NCBI RefSeq assembly: GCF_964204645.1
Contig: NC_134031.1
Span: 5,084,001-5,148,000 of the forward strand
Direction of reading: 5' to 3'
Length of the DNA stretch: 64,000 nt
Source: Tubulanus polymorphus
Taxonomy: Eukaryota > Animalia > Nemertea
Each line of letters starts with the position of its first letter. Positions within the stretch are counted from its first letter, which is position 1. The position numbers and the translations under genes are program-made. The notes beneath the pieces were generated by a model, which saw nothing but the letters and a program-made list of their open reading frames with translations, was not told the origin of the DNA and searched no databases. Below are positions 14,501-27,978 of this stretch, one piece after another.

Positions 14501-17500
14501 TAACCATTTCGTAGTAAATTGCTGCGCGACTCGCGATGCTCAGTAAATGACCATCATCCAGGTAAACTGGCGGCAATTTCCTCGGCAGAACACTCGGCAT
14601 CAGATTTACGGACGTCCTAAATGACTTCTGGTCTATTACTGGTAACATCAAACATAAACATCTCAGGTTGATAATTAGAGGGTAAAGGTAGTTCAGAACA
14701 CTATGTGGTAGCACATTTTTGCGCGCTACCATCAATAATGCAAGCACAAGAATCGGTATTTTTCAAGAAAATTGCATATTTTTTTCAATAGATACTGGAA
14801 GATAAGAAGATGCAATCAATATTGATTTGAATGAAATCAAATTCGGAATTTCGTATATGGCAGCACTGTAGCGCTGGAGTGCTGCTCCTGTTGACTCTTC
14901 AAGTAGCTAGGGAAACACCTATAGCTAATTCGTATGGACTGTAAATGCCGTTTTTCACTTACCATAAAGCGCCGGTGAACATTTTCTAAATTAAACAGGC
15001 GCTATACAAATTTAAAGATCATCTTTATTGCTAATCAGGATGATAGTCGAATAGTCGAAACGTTCAAATAAACTACGAGCTCGATGAAACAATTAATATG
15101 TCAATATGGCGTCGAAATTCAAATTCATCATTAGATAGCTGCTTTATGAAACATTTTAGACTAGTTTGTCTTTATTTGTGTGGAATCTATAAGCATACAA
15201 TTTCGGGGATCTGTTCTGTCAACATGGCGTCGAAATTCATCAATGATTCATCGTTTACATTTTTCTGTTACATTTTTCTTCGTTAACGTATATTTGTAAT
15301 ATCGGACGATAATGTAACATTTTTTAATGAAAATGAATTTCGATTTCAATTTGTTTAGATAGCTGCTTTACGTCATTTTTTTCAGGCGGGGTCGCTGTAT
15401 TGACGAATCTCGTGCGGGACCTGTGCGTCGAATACGCCACGATGTTGATCGCCGTCATCATCGGCACGTACACGTTTATCGGCGGTCTGGGCGCTACGTT
15501 CTACGTATCGTACGTAAACACAGCCGTGTTGTTCATCGGCTTGTTCGCGTTCATGATACGAGTTTTCCACGCCGACGACGACCAAAACGCGTTGGGTAAG
15601 TCGGTTATTTAATGTTTGTATAGCGGACTCGGCTCAAAGCGTTGCCGGCACGTGGGGATCCCGCGATGATCCGCCAGGTTCGCTAGTGGTTACTGGGTTA
15701 CCGCGCTTCAACTCCTGATTAGTAAATCAATTTTCTGTGATACCTAATATAAGCCTACCATACACTGAGTGCGAAAGCGAACCTTCTATCCGATGACTTT
15801 TTTGGTAATTATATCGGTTTTGAAAGCCTAAAATCTAGCTCAAATTTCATCGAAAATGAAAAGATTCGCAGAGAAGCCGCGTTAACCTGGTGAAGAATGA
15901 ATACAACTAGGCGGATAGTACTTTATAGGTTCACTAGTTTATTTTTTTTCAAGAACGAGCTTTCGCTGCTAATGTAGTGGTTTCATTTTCACCTGATGAA
16001 ACGACTCGTTGTATTGATTGAAAATGAACTACGAAAAGAAAATCACTTTTTGCGCCATTGTTGCCACACGCGCACACACGTGCCGACAAATACATGATAG
16101 TCAGGAGACGCATAAATGTAGTCTTCCCGTTTAAGAAGCCATTCGCATGTAGCTATTTGTTGGCGTTCAATAAGCCAAATGGACGCATCTCGATAACTAC
16201 CATCGGTGATAATGATGGCTGAGAAGCTACTACAGCTATGTTATCAGAATTGTAACCCAAGAAGATCATGCTGGGCGACTCACGCATGCATAACAACATA
16301 TCGATAAGTGCATGTATGATCAATCTTCTAAATTGGGAGGTGTGATATTTTTGGACTTAAGTCACGACTGTGCAACTGGCCCCAGGTCATGGAGACCATT
16401 TTAACGCTGACGGATAACACAATTGAAATTTTGTAAACGAAATTATGTAATCGTTTTCTCTGGAAATAAAAGATCCAATGAATCTACCAATAAAAATGAA
16501 ACAAAGAAAACAAACTGAAAGTTTTTAGACACCTTGAAAAATGATTTGAATATACCATTAATTGAATTGAATTAAGTTGATTGACCGGCAACGATTCCCA
16601 TCATTGATGACGTAGTGCACATCCACTCACATAATTGATTATCAAAATGGATGAAAAATTCATTAAATAGAAACTGAGAGTCACGAGTTTGAATGATTAT
16701 AAAATGATTGTAACTGTTAAATTGAAACGCCAATATTGATGACGTAGTGTACATCGACTCAATCAGAACCCCTTACATAACGCATTGTGATCGATAAAAA
16801 CATTTTCGTAACGGTTATTACGGCATCGAAAACTTAAGAAATGTGGAGTCATTCTGTAAAATGGGCCCTGCCCAGGGCATGTGTGAAGCCTTGGCAAGAA
16901 CTGGCAGAGCCAATTACAGTTGCACCACCAGAAAATTAGTATTGTACGTTTCAGACTCATTTCCGGACTCTGTCGGGCCGAATCATCACAATGTATATCA
17001 AGGCTGACGTCATCGTATAGTATTGTTTCTATGGTTTCTAATTAAGCGCGTTTGTGTCTGGCATTGTGCGATATTGCTAGGTGCACTAGTGCGCATCTTT
17101 TCAAAAATGAAATACCGTTTATCCTACGACATAATATAATAATGAATATTCTATAACACGAAAGGCTAAGATGAATTAATTTTTCATCAGATTTACATCG
17201 TCAAATTCGTCTGTTCTATCGCACTGCGGCAATTTGTAAATTGGTATCGTTACGCTCGAAAAGAGAAATGGAATGAATCCTTTGAACTCGTAAAAAAATC
17301 CAATCAAACGAACTATGCCGACCTTAAAAATGACAATGGAGTGATTATCAATCCTTCCTTTGACAAACAAAACGAATTGGTTTTTAAACTCGGTGATGTT
17401 GTTGATAATTAACTAAATTAGGTTGTTTAGAGGTAACGGCTTATTCTACCGCTGTTAAGACACGGGGAAAGTGTGCGACGAACAAATACAAGGAAATTAC

Positions 17501-20500
17501 GAAATTCTCTCGACTTTGATTTCGAAAAGAGATGTTTTCTTGTCGAGAAAACCGTTCAAAATGCAGATATAGCCCATCTTTTATTCAAACATAGCCAGTT
17601 TTGAATGTTTCGATCGACTTGGATGCATTGAAAAAAATCATCCCTGTCTAAGTTAGGTACACGCAAAGGCACCAATTTGAATAGACCTATTTCTATCGTT
17701 TTTGCAGGAAGCATCGAAAAGATATACGAATTGCTGAAATGCAGCAACACAACGATCGAGGGCAACGTTGAAAATAGTTACCTGACATTTCTGTCATTCC
17801 CCGGATTGATATTTGGAATCATTAACGTGATAGGTGAGGAAGATGTGTAAATGTCATCGTAAGGTTGACTCGTAGATGATCATAACTTCTATGATCATCA
17901 ACTGAAAAAAATATCGATTCACATGTGATAACTAGGATATTGTATTTGCAATTCGCATGACGTCATTTAGACCGGTCTAAATCTGGCTCGTTTTTATTTG
18001 GATTGGACCAAGCGTTCACACTTGCAAAATGGCCGTTCCAAATCGTAAGTAGCGCAGTGCTCCCCCATTTGTCATCACGCTGATTTATATAGTTTTCAAT
18101 TTTCATACAATTTCAAAATATTGCCTAGAAATTAATGTGTAGCCAATCTACCAGAGCGTGAGTGAATGCACACTCTGATTTGGTCTGTTCCATATTTGGC
18201 CCGTTCCAGGTATAGACCCATTTATACCGGTCTAACTAGTGGTTATGTGAACGCAGCCTTTTTGGACCCTCAGCTATTGAAACCAGCCCCCTGGTTTGTT
18301 GTAGCATTGAACTGAAATAACTGAACTAATGGAACTGTTAAAAGTTAAAAAAAGGAATTATCACGGACAGGGTGGTAAGGGTAGTGATGAGACAATCAAG
18401 AGATGAAAAAAAACTAATCATCACACAAAGATAAAGATGAACGTGCAAAATGAAACGCGTCCGTGTAAAATGTAGAACATCTTCCCTTGCAAAAGGCAAG
18501 GTCTTTATATCACAGAGAATAATCAAAATTAAAATGACAAATAGCGCTATCATCAATGGATATGTTAATTATCAGAAGTCGTATGGAAGAGGGATTATTG
18601 TACGAAAAACAACGATTCTTCGGATGTTCTTTGTAAGTTTTCTCTTTCGACGCAATAATCCCATTTTCCACCGAACTCTTTTCCTGGGGTCATAGTCATT
18701 TTCAACTGTTTGGGGTTTTGAAGTTGACGCCTATCACCCCATCGAACCAACCGCCTTAACGAAATATGAGTCCATCGTGTATCATGTTCATTTCACAGGA
18801 AATTTCGGAACAGTATTCGTCGACCAGTCTTACTGGCAGAGCAGCGTGGCCGCTAAGCCGAAAGAAGGCGTTTGGGGTTTCCTGTTGGGAGGAATAATCT
18901 GGTTCTCGGTACCGTTCGCGTTTGCGACTACGATGGGCTTGGCTTATATAGCGCTTGGTACGAATCAAGGCCAACCGTTGCTTACCATGGCTCAAGTCGA
19001 CGCGGGTAAGTTATCAGTCCAAACGATAAATGAAGCTCTACAAACCAGATACTTCCAGGATAACTTCATTCTAAAAGAGGACCAGTGAAGTCATGATACA
19101 CCGCTAATACCTTCGTGATAGATTTGTTATCGTATTCCTCACTTTCGGGATCAAATTGACGGGAATATCTAGTAGATATCACTGGTATCTCATGGGTGGA
19201 TGATGGTTCACAAGCAAGTTGTATCGTCGGTTCAGTTAAATGATCATCGGTCTTCAAAATGATCATGTTTTATTTTTGTTTCAACGCATGTGCCCAACAA
19301 AGGCGTATAGAGAGCCACCCGTGTCTCTGGGTGGACTCGGTTCTCTGTTGGTTTCTCTGGTGGATTCTGGAGTCGTCAACTCTGGTTCTTAAAATGTTTC
19401 ACCAGTACAACGATAGTATCTCTTCTATGGGGGTTCATTTCTTCATTCCAGTTTATAAGTAGCCGTGTGAACTGCACACTTAGAAGTGAACATTGACACT
19501 TTGCTAATAGTCAGAAAATAGATATTACACATTTCCCAAACAACTGTACCATTACATTCAGTAGAATGTTTTCAGCGTGTAGTATATATTGACAAATATT
19601 GCCATTTACCCAAGTGTATTTTGGATGGCCACATTTACGGTTAGCACGAAAGTTTTCAAGCACCTCTTGCTAATGGTACGTGCGTCTGAATCGCATTGTA
19701 TTGCAGGTCTGGTGCCGCCGGTCGTGGCACAGAAGCTAATGGGAACTGCCGGCGAGTTCTTGATGGTAATAATTCTCATCATGGCCGTGACGTCAACCGG
19801 ATCGGCGGAAGTCATCGCTGTCACCTCAATCATCATATACGATATATACGGAATTCATCTCAAGGTAAAATACTAAAGGCTTCGATGATAAATCAACCAA
19901 TCGTCTGGATACCAATGTCAAGGTTCTAAGCTATCTAGTTAATGAAAGGCCAATCACGCGTTGAATCGTTAAGACTTTATGAATCACCCAATCATTCACG
20001 AACAACGAAGACGTGCTGTGAAACTCGGGTGCTTAAGTTGTCGCCCAGACTCAGCGTGTGATATACAAGATTTAAAACAATCATCCAATCACCCAATCAC
20101 TAATAGAAAGCCAACCGGTCATCGTACAAGTTGCAAGCAAAAGACTTAACAACTAGCTTATAGGACAATGATTTCGCTTCCAAATTCGAAAAACTTATCC
20201 TCACTGTATTAATTGATATCGTGGTTTAGGTAAACATATGATAATTCTTAGAGATAGCTAAATGAATCATTTGAGTTCTAAACTTCTGAGCTAATCTGTA
20301 ATCTGAGATGAAAAAAGGCGAAACATTCAATCTGCCATGATTACTCGAGTATAAAGGCCTACCCGAACGTACCGGATTATTCATATATCCTCAATAAAAA
20401 AGACATCAAACAAACTTTAAAAAGCAAGACGAATATAATCCTTCATTTTGTATTCATTTCTGATCAATCATCATTCGAATTCGACGTGGTCATTTTCAGC

Positions 20501-23500
20501 AGCAATCAGAAACTAAGTAACGATCTTAGATCCTCTATTGACGGGAAGCTTAAGACTTTGTACTTCTTCGTAAACCGATTATGAGAAATATTTACGAGTC
20601 ATACACATGATTTACACCACTAATCTTTAAAAAGAACGTACACTGTACCGAATCATTGGCATTTTCAAGATATTTCGGGATTTGGAGATATCCACGTGCG
20701 TATGTGTTAAAATTATTTAAAATTCAAAGCTTTTTTGCCGAGTATCAGACGGCTTGATAACACAGTCAACTTTCCAGCTTTTATGATAACGAATGTACGA
20801 ATCATTATGTATGAATGTTTCCTTGAGCTAGTAGTTCAACGTTTCGACTTTATTCTTAACAGTTTTCCTGAAGATGGCTTTTAGGATATAGACAAAAACA
20901 TTGAATAAACTGATACTAGCTCAAGGAAACTTTTGAGGACATCGTGGGATTATTTTACATAATCGCCACAAAACGGATACAGTTTCTTATTAATGATGAT
21001 TACTGCATCCATTTACTTTCTTTTATTAGCCTTACAGAAAGGTATTAGACGCCAACAGTTGCGTTCTATGCGGACGCCAGCGCGGTAGAATGGCGAACCC
21101 ACGTGACAAGTGCGTCTGTACGAGTAAAAACTATTGTCAAAGTTGCACCACGGATGACCAGTAAGTGACGTGAAACGCATCATATCATCAAAGATCAAAG
21201 GTCTAATATAGGATAACCTCTTAGTATTTAGTGTCCTTAGAAGTACTTTTAGAAGTACTCCTATTTGCGTGGTCTTATTTATTTTAAAAGCAGTGTTTCA
21301 GCGATTTACTTTCCATACTATTGCCTGGATCAATGATACATATACTAATAATTTTTTGTATAGGAAACATGTTCGATTGAATTCCGAGTGGCTTATAAAG
21401 CATTAACTTGGATTTGAAAAATCATAAGCTGATAAATGAGATCCATATAATACTAGGCGCCTCAGCTGCCTTGACGTTCCTCAAAAACGTCCAAAACGCC
21501 CAAGCTGTTTACTCCGCGCCTGTGTTCCGGAACTGAAAGGACGTGATAACGTGGCTCTGATTGGCTGGTTGACTATAGGCCATAGGGTCGAACCACCAGC
21601 TGGACAATGAAGCTGCACCGAGAATCGCTTTTCGCAAAAATTTTGATCAATAGTTTTTCATTCACCCATCAATGTTTTCCTTCATTTTCAGGCAGCGCGC
21701 TGCTTGTACCCGAGCGACGAAACCTGCTTATAAATGCCGTACCCACGGTCACTACAGGTCGCACAACGACTACTTATCAACGCTGAAAAACTGGGGCATA
21801 CTATTCGTTTCGTTAGCCATAGTTCCGCTAACGCTAGTACTTAGAGGAATCGGGGTAAGATGGGCCGTGGACGTGTAAACTTAATCTAGTATACATATCC
21901 ATGCGAATACAAATGAAATACAGTTTTTGAAAGTATTCGACGAAACTTACCGTGTTAAGTTCGTTTCGATGACGAGCCCGCTGACTACGAGCGTTTGTCA
22001 GCGCCATACCATGTTCAAATTGCTGTCGCTCTGTCTTCCTCATTCTTTGATAAACATCTTGTTATCGGAAACAGACGATACGGCTTTGCCGTAGTATCAC
22101 CTGAGGCCAAAACACGCCTTGAACTCACGCGACGCGTTACACTCTCGTGATGAATATCAGAAAAACGTCGTCAATTTGTCGATGACGGAATTTTTTGCAC
22201 GGAATTACATTGAAAATATAGCATATATATGTATAAGATGTAAATGTTGTGGAAATTTGAGAAGATCGTATTATCGAAAACGGTCGATCGAAGCTACGAA
22301 GACTTGATCGACATCGCAAATGAAAACTAAAATGATAAAACGTTTTCATTGCTTCGATATTAGATTGATTGATGTAAGTGGCTAGGGTTTTTAAAACACT
22401 ATTGAATACATGAGATAACGATTCTCAAAGCTCCAAACAATGTTTTCCTCCCTATACTGTTTTCCGAGGTAAAAATGTAATACTCGATATTGAATTTGTA
22501 TCAATTTGCGACGACTGGGTGAATTTGAATTGAATTGTCGATTATAAAATTCACTCATACGCAGATCGATTGTCGATAAAAGATGATAGCTTTGGGCGCT
22601 TGAAAAATTTCTTCATCTCGAACTCGGAAAGATAATTCAGTAACATAGGAAATTTAGCGTTCTTTGGCAATGGGGTGCGGGTAATTTTGGCAAGCGAGGA
22701 TTCAGCATTTATCCGCCAGGTTCGCCAGCGGTTATTGGGTTACCGCACCTTAATTTCTTCTGCATTTCAATTCGATTCGAATCATTGGTACATCGAATAA
22801 ATTTTCAGTAAAATCTATAGGCATCATACGCCAATGAGAAAGCAAAAGAATCCTATATCTATTCGATGAGTTTCGTTTGATAATTTTCAGATTTGGCAGT
22901 CCAAAAATCGAGTTCAAATTTCGTCGAAAATAACGAGAGAAATCTCGTAACAAATTCAGCCAAAAAATTTAAAAGTTCTATTTTAAAATGATTATATTTC
23001 GAGCAACGTTTCGGCTAAATACTATAAGCCATCATCAGGCGTACTATCAATTTATTGTGAGATTTCTCTCGTTACTCATCATACACGGAAATCGTTATCT
23101 TCTCGTCTTTACATCGAAAATGCACTGATTTTCACTACCCGAACGACCCAGTGTTTTTGTTGCACCATCTGTGGGTGCCGGTGTCCTATTCTTACGAGAA
23201 AATGTCTCGTTTCTGTGAAAATACCTCACTTTGAACAAATGTCTTCACAAAAATACAGTCACAGTATATGGGATTTACTTAAGATACCCATAGCGATGAA
23301 ACAAAATTCTATCTTCCTGAGCTTTCGGGAAGATTTCTTCTTCCAATCTTCCGAGTTTATGCAAAATACGAACTTCACACAGTTCTTGTCGTAACGGAGT
23401 TTCTCATTACATTTCTAATTCCAGATAAGTTTAGGTTGGGTGTACAATTTTATGGGTATCGTTATCGGGTCGGCTGTTATACCTATTACATTAGCGATGT

Positions 23501-25261
23501 TCTGGCAGCGACTGAACGCCGAGGTGAGCATGAATAAGATACTTCAAAAATCATTGGATGTGATAAACGAATCTATATAGGAGCTCCTAGTTGCAACAAC
23601 CTGCAACTGATTATAAAATCTCAAAATGTCATTTTTTACCGAATGAGACATATCAATGGAACGAAATCGATTATTCTTTGGATACATCAAATTATCGATT
23701 ATTGAATATTGATCAAGTTCATTCGGAATTTTTCACATAAGCTTGTGTAATCTGAAGTGGCATTTTCAATGTAAATTGAGCAATACTGCACTATTACCTT
23801 TGAGGACGAAAATTACATTATAGCTCGCAGACGTAAAGTTTAGATTTCCAAACGAATAATTATGTTCGCGCAGTTTGTCGAAAGGAACGTCTGCCTTCGA
23901 GACGCTTGTCAAACTAATTATCGAAATAGGCGAAAATGACGCAGAAATTAGAAACCTAAGGTGACAAACGACGTACGTACGCCATCGAATGAAGTTATTT
24001 TCAGGGTATGGTAATCGGTGCTTTGGTCGGTATGGTGACGGGAATTGTGAGCTGGCTGATCAAATCTGCTCTACTTCCGGGAGGACTGAGAAATTTCATA
24101 GCCAACACGGGTAAGTACAAAACGGTCTGCGCTTGGCAGTGCTTGTGTTCCTAAATCGTCATTACGCGCTATTGGAAACGTACTTATGAAGAATTAAGTA
24201 CGCCGCTGGTCCCTTTTGAAATTGCTAGGTCCCTGAATACTGATGTCCCGTTTGGTGACTGTACATTTTCCGTTTTCAGGTGATCAGTACAGTATGCTGA
24301 CGGGCAACATAGCGGCCATATTGACCGGCGGATGTTTGACGGTCGTAGTAAGTCTGATAACGAATCGTTCGTACGACGCGTGTAGCGGCACGGAAATATG
24401 GGAAAACACGAGGGATATAGATAATCCGCTTTCTCCTTGGACAGAGCTGTATTCCAAGTAGGCATTTGTGATGAATGTTTCCAATCGTTAACCGTAGTAC
24501 CAAAAATAGAAAAAAGTATGATACAGATTTTAGGCGTGTAGCTATTCTCTCGGTATAATCTATAATCTCTACTTTATATATACAGGGAACTTCAACTCAG
24601 TGGTTTACAGACTCTTGATAATCGCCCGTCGATGGCTGAGGTAGCCGCCACGTTTAAAACGGCTAAACTGACTGCCTACGTCGGTGCCCTGTCCGCATCA
24701 TTCGTGCTGATTTTACTTTGGCCTGCTTGTATGGTGTCCATAGGAGTGATGGATAGTTCACAGTTTGCTCAATGGGTACGTATTTACGTTATGCGCGTTG
24801 CAAGCTTTGGCCAAAGAAATTCCGGGGGAAATATGAAGGGAATGCTGGTTTTAAGATAAGATCATTTTATTGTTGCCTATGGCTTTCTTCGAATAAGTAA
24901 ATGGACCACGTCTCCAGACGTTGCCGTACTTCTTGTAACTTCATTTACCCCGCAGGTTTATACGTCGGAAACGTGGGCGTTTCTGGCGGGAATTGCCATC
25001 ATTATCTTGCCGGTCGTCAACGAAGCCATGTCCATACGAACGGCGTTGCGGGAAAAATCTCGAGTATTCGCTATAGAAATATCGCCGCGACGAATGGCGG
25101 CAACCGCGTCTGCTCGGCCGCGCGCGTCGATCGAGGAAGAAGTTGGACAACCAGCGCAGACGAACGGTGACGTCATCCACCAATCGACAGTCTCTGCCGC
25201 TGTTGCGCGGAAACAGTCGAGCGCCGCCTCGTCGGAAAGCAACCAACCGGTGTTTGGCTGA
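8367..25261 (+). CDS. DUR3: Urea-proton symporter DUR3-like (solute:sodium symporter family), spliced. Exons: 8367-8555 OR 11832-12017; then 13452-13574, 13870-14080, 15386-15595, 17708-17833, 18799-19005, 19707-19864, 21030-21160, 21692-21854, 23425-23523, 24005-24110, 24280-24457, 24586-24775, 24956-25261
   Basis: All introns are GT-AG with compatible phases. DUR3 signature motifs are present: VSQWTWAATLLQSS, GISGPFWYAAGATIQ, GNFGTVFVDQSYWQ, GGIIWFSVPF, MAVTSTGSAEVIAVTSIIIYDIY, MGIVIGSAVIP. Confidence 0.92.
8747..8851. mobile_element. Short palindromic MITE-like element
   Basis: Termini GGATCCAGTTCCAC...GTGGAACTGGGTCC enclose internal GAGTTA/TAACTC inverted motifs. Related ends occur near 16375 and 48680. 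Confidence 0.55.
9342..9440 (+). repeat. Dispersed short repeat family (other partial copies at ~15650-15710, ~22680-22750, ~55240-55290)
   Basis: Copies share GGCAA.CGAGGATTCC and ATCCGCCAGGTTCGC.AG...TACCGC. Confidence 0.55.
11832..12017 (+). CDS. DUR3: DUR3 alternative first coding exon B (62 codons, phase-0 donor)
   Basis: MTTSA...IIGLGVFVVLMAKLFGVVRKHVFNDE|gtaaaa is homologous to exon A and splices in frame to 13452. Confidence 0.78.
23001..23039 (-). ncRNA. Minimal hammerhead-ribozyme-like core in a Penelope-like repeat relic (probably degenerate)
   Basis: The minus strand reads C-CTGATGA-T-GGCT(tatagtattt)AGCC-GAAA-CGTTG. Related degenerate copies lie at ~61247-61284 (minus) and ~20867-20905 (plus). 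Confidence 0.45.
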
Positions 25262-25674
25262 AAACGTTTCTATCGAGTATATCGGTGCGATTGCAGCTAT
25301 CTAAGCATCGGTTGAATCTCGAAATCTGCCGAAATCACGATTCAGGATACGATCACGATGCCGTCTATTAACAGATTTCTTTGTGCGTGTTCAATCTCTG
25401 TTGCGTTCAATTTATCAAAGGTTAGAACGAGATCATAGACATTCTCGAATGTCACCTGCGGATTTTTACGAACATAGATTATATAATCCGTTTCTTCTCT
25501 GTGTGAGAATGTGAATAACTCTTTCCGTAGCTTCTTTTTCTAACTTCCGTTTCGTTCATTATAAATTGATTGCGTATCGACTCTTTTTCATTTGTAAATT
25601 CACCTGATTAAAAGTTTCAAGTTTACTTTTTATAGAATTGTTCAAATCATTTTCGTTCGATTCTAATCTCGTAA

Positions 25675-25854
25675 AGCCCAACGCACACGTCGCAGGGATA
25701 CTCAGAAACCCGGAATCAAACATGTTTGATCTCGGAAATATTGTTTCCCGAAACCATGTTTATCGTTTCTCGTAAACCACACGACAAAGGGAAACGCGTT
25801 GAACATGTTTCCGTCTCCTACTTCCGTGTTTCCCTGTGTCGTGTGCGTTGGGCT
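25675..25854. mobile_element. Tourist/PIF-Harbinger-like MITE
   Basis: TIRs AGCCCAACGCACACG...CGTGTGCGTTGGGCT are flanked by TAA on both sides (25672-25674, 25855-25857). Confidence 0.8.
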
Positions 25855-26511
25855 TAACCGATGAAAGTTAACGACAGATGCCCGCGGTTCATCTTCCTAC
25901 GTTCAAAAGGTCTTATCTACTTTAACAGCGGCAGATCGAAAGTCAATGAGAGTCGCGAGACATGCTCCGCTCCGCTGAACCGCTTGTACACGCATCTTTA
26001 ACTACAGGTGTCAAAACAGTCGCATCATTTGCCAAATGGTAATCCCATTACAGCGTTTTAAATCGCTAAAACGGATGTAAAGATAAGAATGGGCCTTATC
26101 GCGTCTGAGTGTTTGTACATAGCCGCGTGATAGAGTTCCCATTGCGTACCGTTAAACGTCCACCTGACGAATCCATATACCACCGATAAAATATATATTG
26201 TGAACTGTGGCCCAGGTATATTCAGGTAGGCATTCGAATATTTCTTCGGCAAAAATTGAATCAATTCTCTGAAAACAATTTTCCCGTTTATCCATCATAA
26301 ATAGCCAACAATATTTACAATATTTTCTAGTTGCAATGTTCTGGATTATATTTTAAGATTTTAATCTTCAATTTTTAAATTGACTGGTTGGCCCATACAG
26401 ATGAGGTCATCATTCATTTTCATATCCTCAGAATGATTTAAGGATCTTTTTAGGGAAGGTGCTCAAGCGATAGACTCAATTAATTCAATGAATTCCTTTT
26501 ATGACAGGAAC

Positions 26512-27838
26512 ATGAAGCTAGCTGTTGTCCTTCTTTTGGTATGTGTAACATATTGTTACGGTGAGTTTATACTGAACATATTTCATCTTAGATTATTAAG
26601 AAAATTGCTGACAGTTTTCTCGTCATTACCCCTCCGCGCTGGTTAATAAAAGAATTTCATCTCACTATTGCCATTTGCCATAAAAAAGGTTAATCCGATT
26701 TTTCATTCGCATATATCAGGGGATTGTAGGATACCGTTCGAATTCGTCGGAGATTGGTTGATCGAAGACAAAATAAGTAAAGGATTCTCTATACATCCGG
26801 GACACTTGGTCATCTACGAAGATAACGGCATGCGGTTTACGAAGGTCACATGTACCGAAAACAAAGGAGATAAATATCTTTTCAAGTAAGAGTTAGGAAA
26901 AAACTAATCGTTTTGAAAATGATAGTAGAGGACCTGGATTCGAATCAGTAAAACGTAGATACAGATAATACTTTGAAGGTTAACTAGATTTATTTAGAGT
27001 GGGCCTCTTTCGTTTCTAGTGCATATCAGTTTCATCGGGTAAATGATGAGCTACCTGATGAATCATTGATTATCAAGCATACATATATTATATATACATT
27101 AATAGTAGCGAAAGCTCGTAGCCTAAATGAATCTAGTTAACCTTCAAAGTACTATCCGTAGTTACGTTTTACAGAAAAAAACGAACGAAACAGATATTCA
27201 ATATTGGACTCGAACCTTCATAAGCACAAGGTGCTACAGACGGCCGTGCTTGGGTTGTTTTATCCTACACGGGTTCTCGCACACTCAAAACAACGTGAGA
27301 CGAATCCAAAATTACATTATCAATTATCCTTTACAGGGTGAAGGAAGCTGATTCACCAGTCATTGGCTTTGACGCATACAACTGTTTTGAAATCCAAATG
27401 TTCAAAGGTGATCTCACCATTAAGATGACAACCAGTAAGTAAAAAATGATTAACGACATTTTTTTTCATTCAAATAGCAATTCAGAAAATTTGTATTTAG
27501 AATCTAAATGTTAAGCGTGTCTCAACCTAATCAGTTAGATTGTGAGGTTTTATTGCAAAAGCGTCTGCCTTTTCGGTGTTGATATCCATCAAGGAATAAG
27601 TATTTGCCTTCCTCTGAATGGAGATACCTCTTATCAATAGGTTTTGGTGATTTCAAGTCAATAAATTATGCATCTTCAATGCCGTTGTTTTAGAAACACC
27701 TAAACAGGGTTGACCTTGACTTTCAGACACAAATGACGCCGAAAGTGGCATGTACGTCGTACCAAAAGATGATGCGGTTGACTTCAATCTAGTTTGCGAT
27801 GGTCCACTCAGCGAAGTTCATTTCCTTACTCGAGCTAC
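26512..27838 (+). CDS. Uncharacterised secreted protein. Exons 26512-26560, 26720-26885, 27337-27434, 27727-27838; 3' end not found
   Basis: The signal-peptide exon MKLAVVLLLVCVTYCYG|gtgagt is followed by three GT-AG exons in compatible phase (DCRIPFEFVGDW..., ..DAYNCFEIQMF.., ..FNLVCDGPLSEVHFLTRA|gtaagc). No stop codon occurs before the Maverick. Confidence 0.75.
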
Positions 27839-27879
27839 GTAAGCAATTTTTGAAACTTTCACGTTGTCAGAGATTCTTA

Positions 27880-27978
27880 AGCCGGGCGTAGGTCGGCCTT
27901 GCGACGGCTTGCGACTCACTGCGACGCGACTCACTGCGACCGCCAGCGACGATCGCGTCGCGTCGCAAGGTCGACCTA
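27880..27978. mobile_element. Tourist-like palindromic MITE truncated at its right arm by the Maverick
   Basis: TTA|AGCCGGGCGTAGGTCGGCCTTGCGACG ... CGTCGCAAGGTCGACCTA stops at the Maverick TIR. The expected remainder CGCCCGGCT is missing. Confidence 0.7.
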
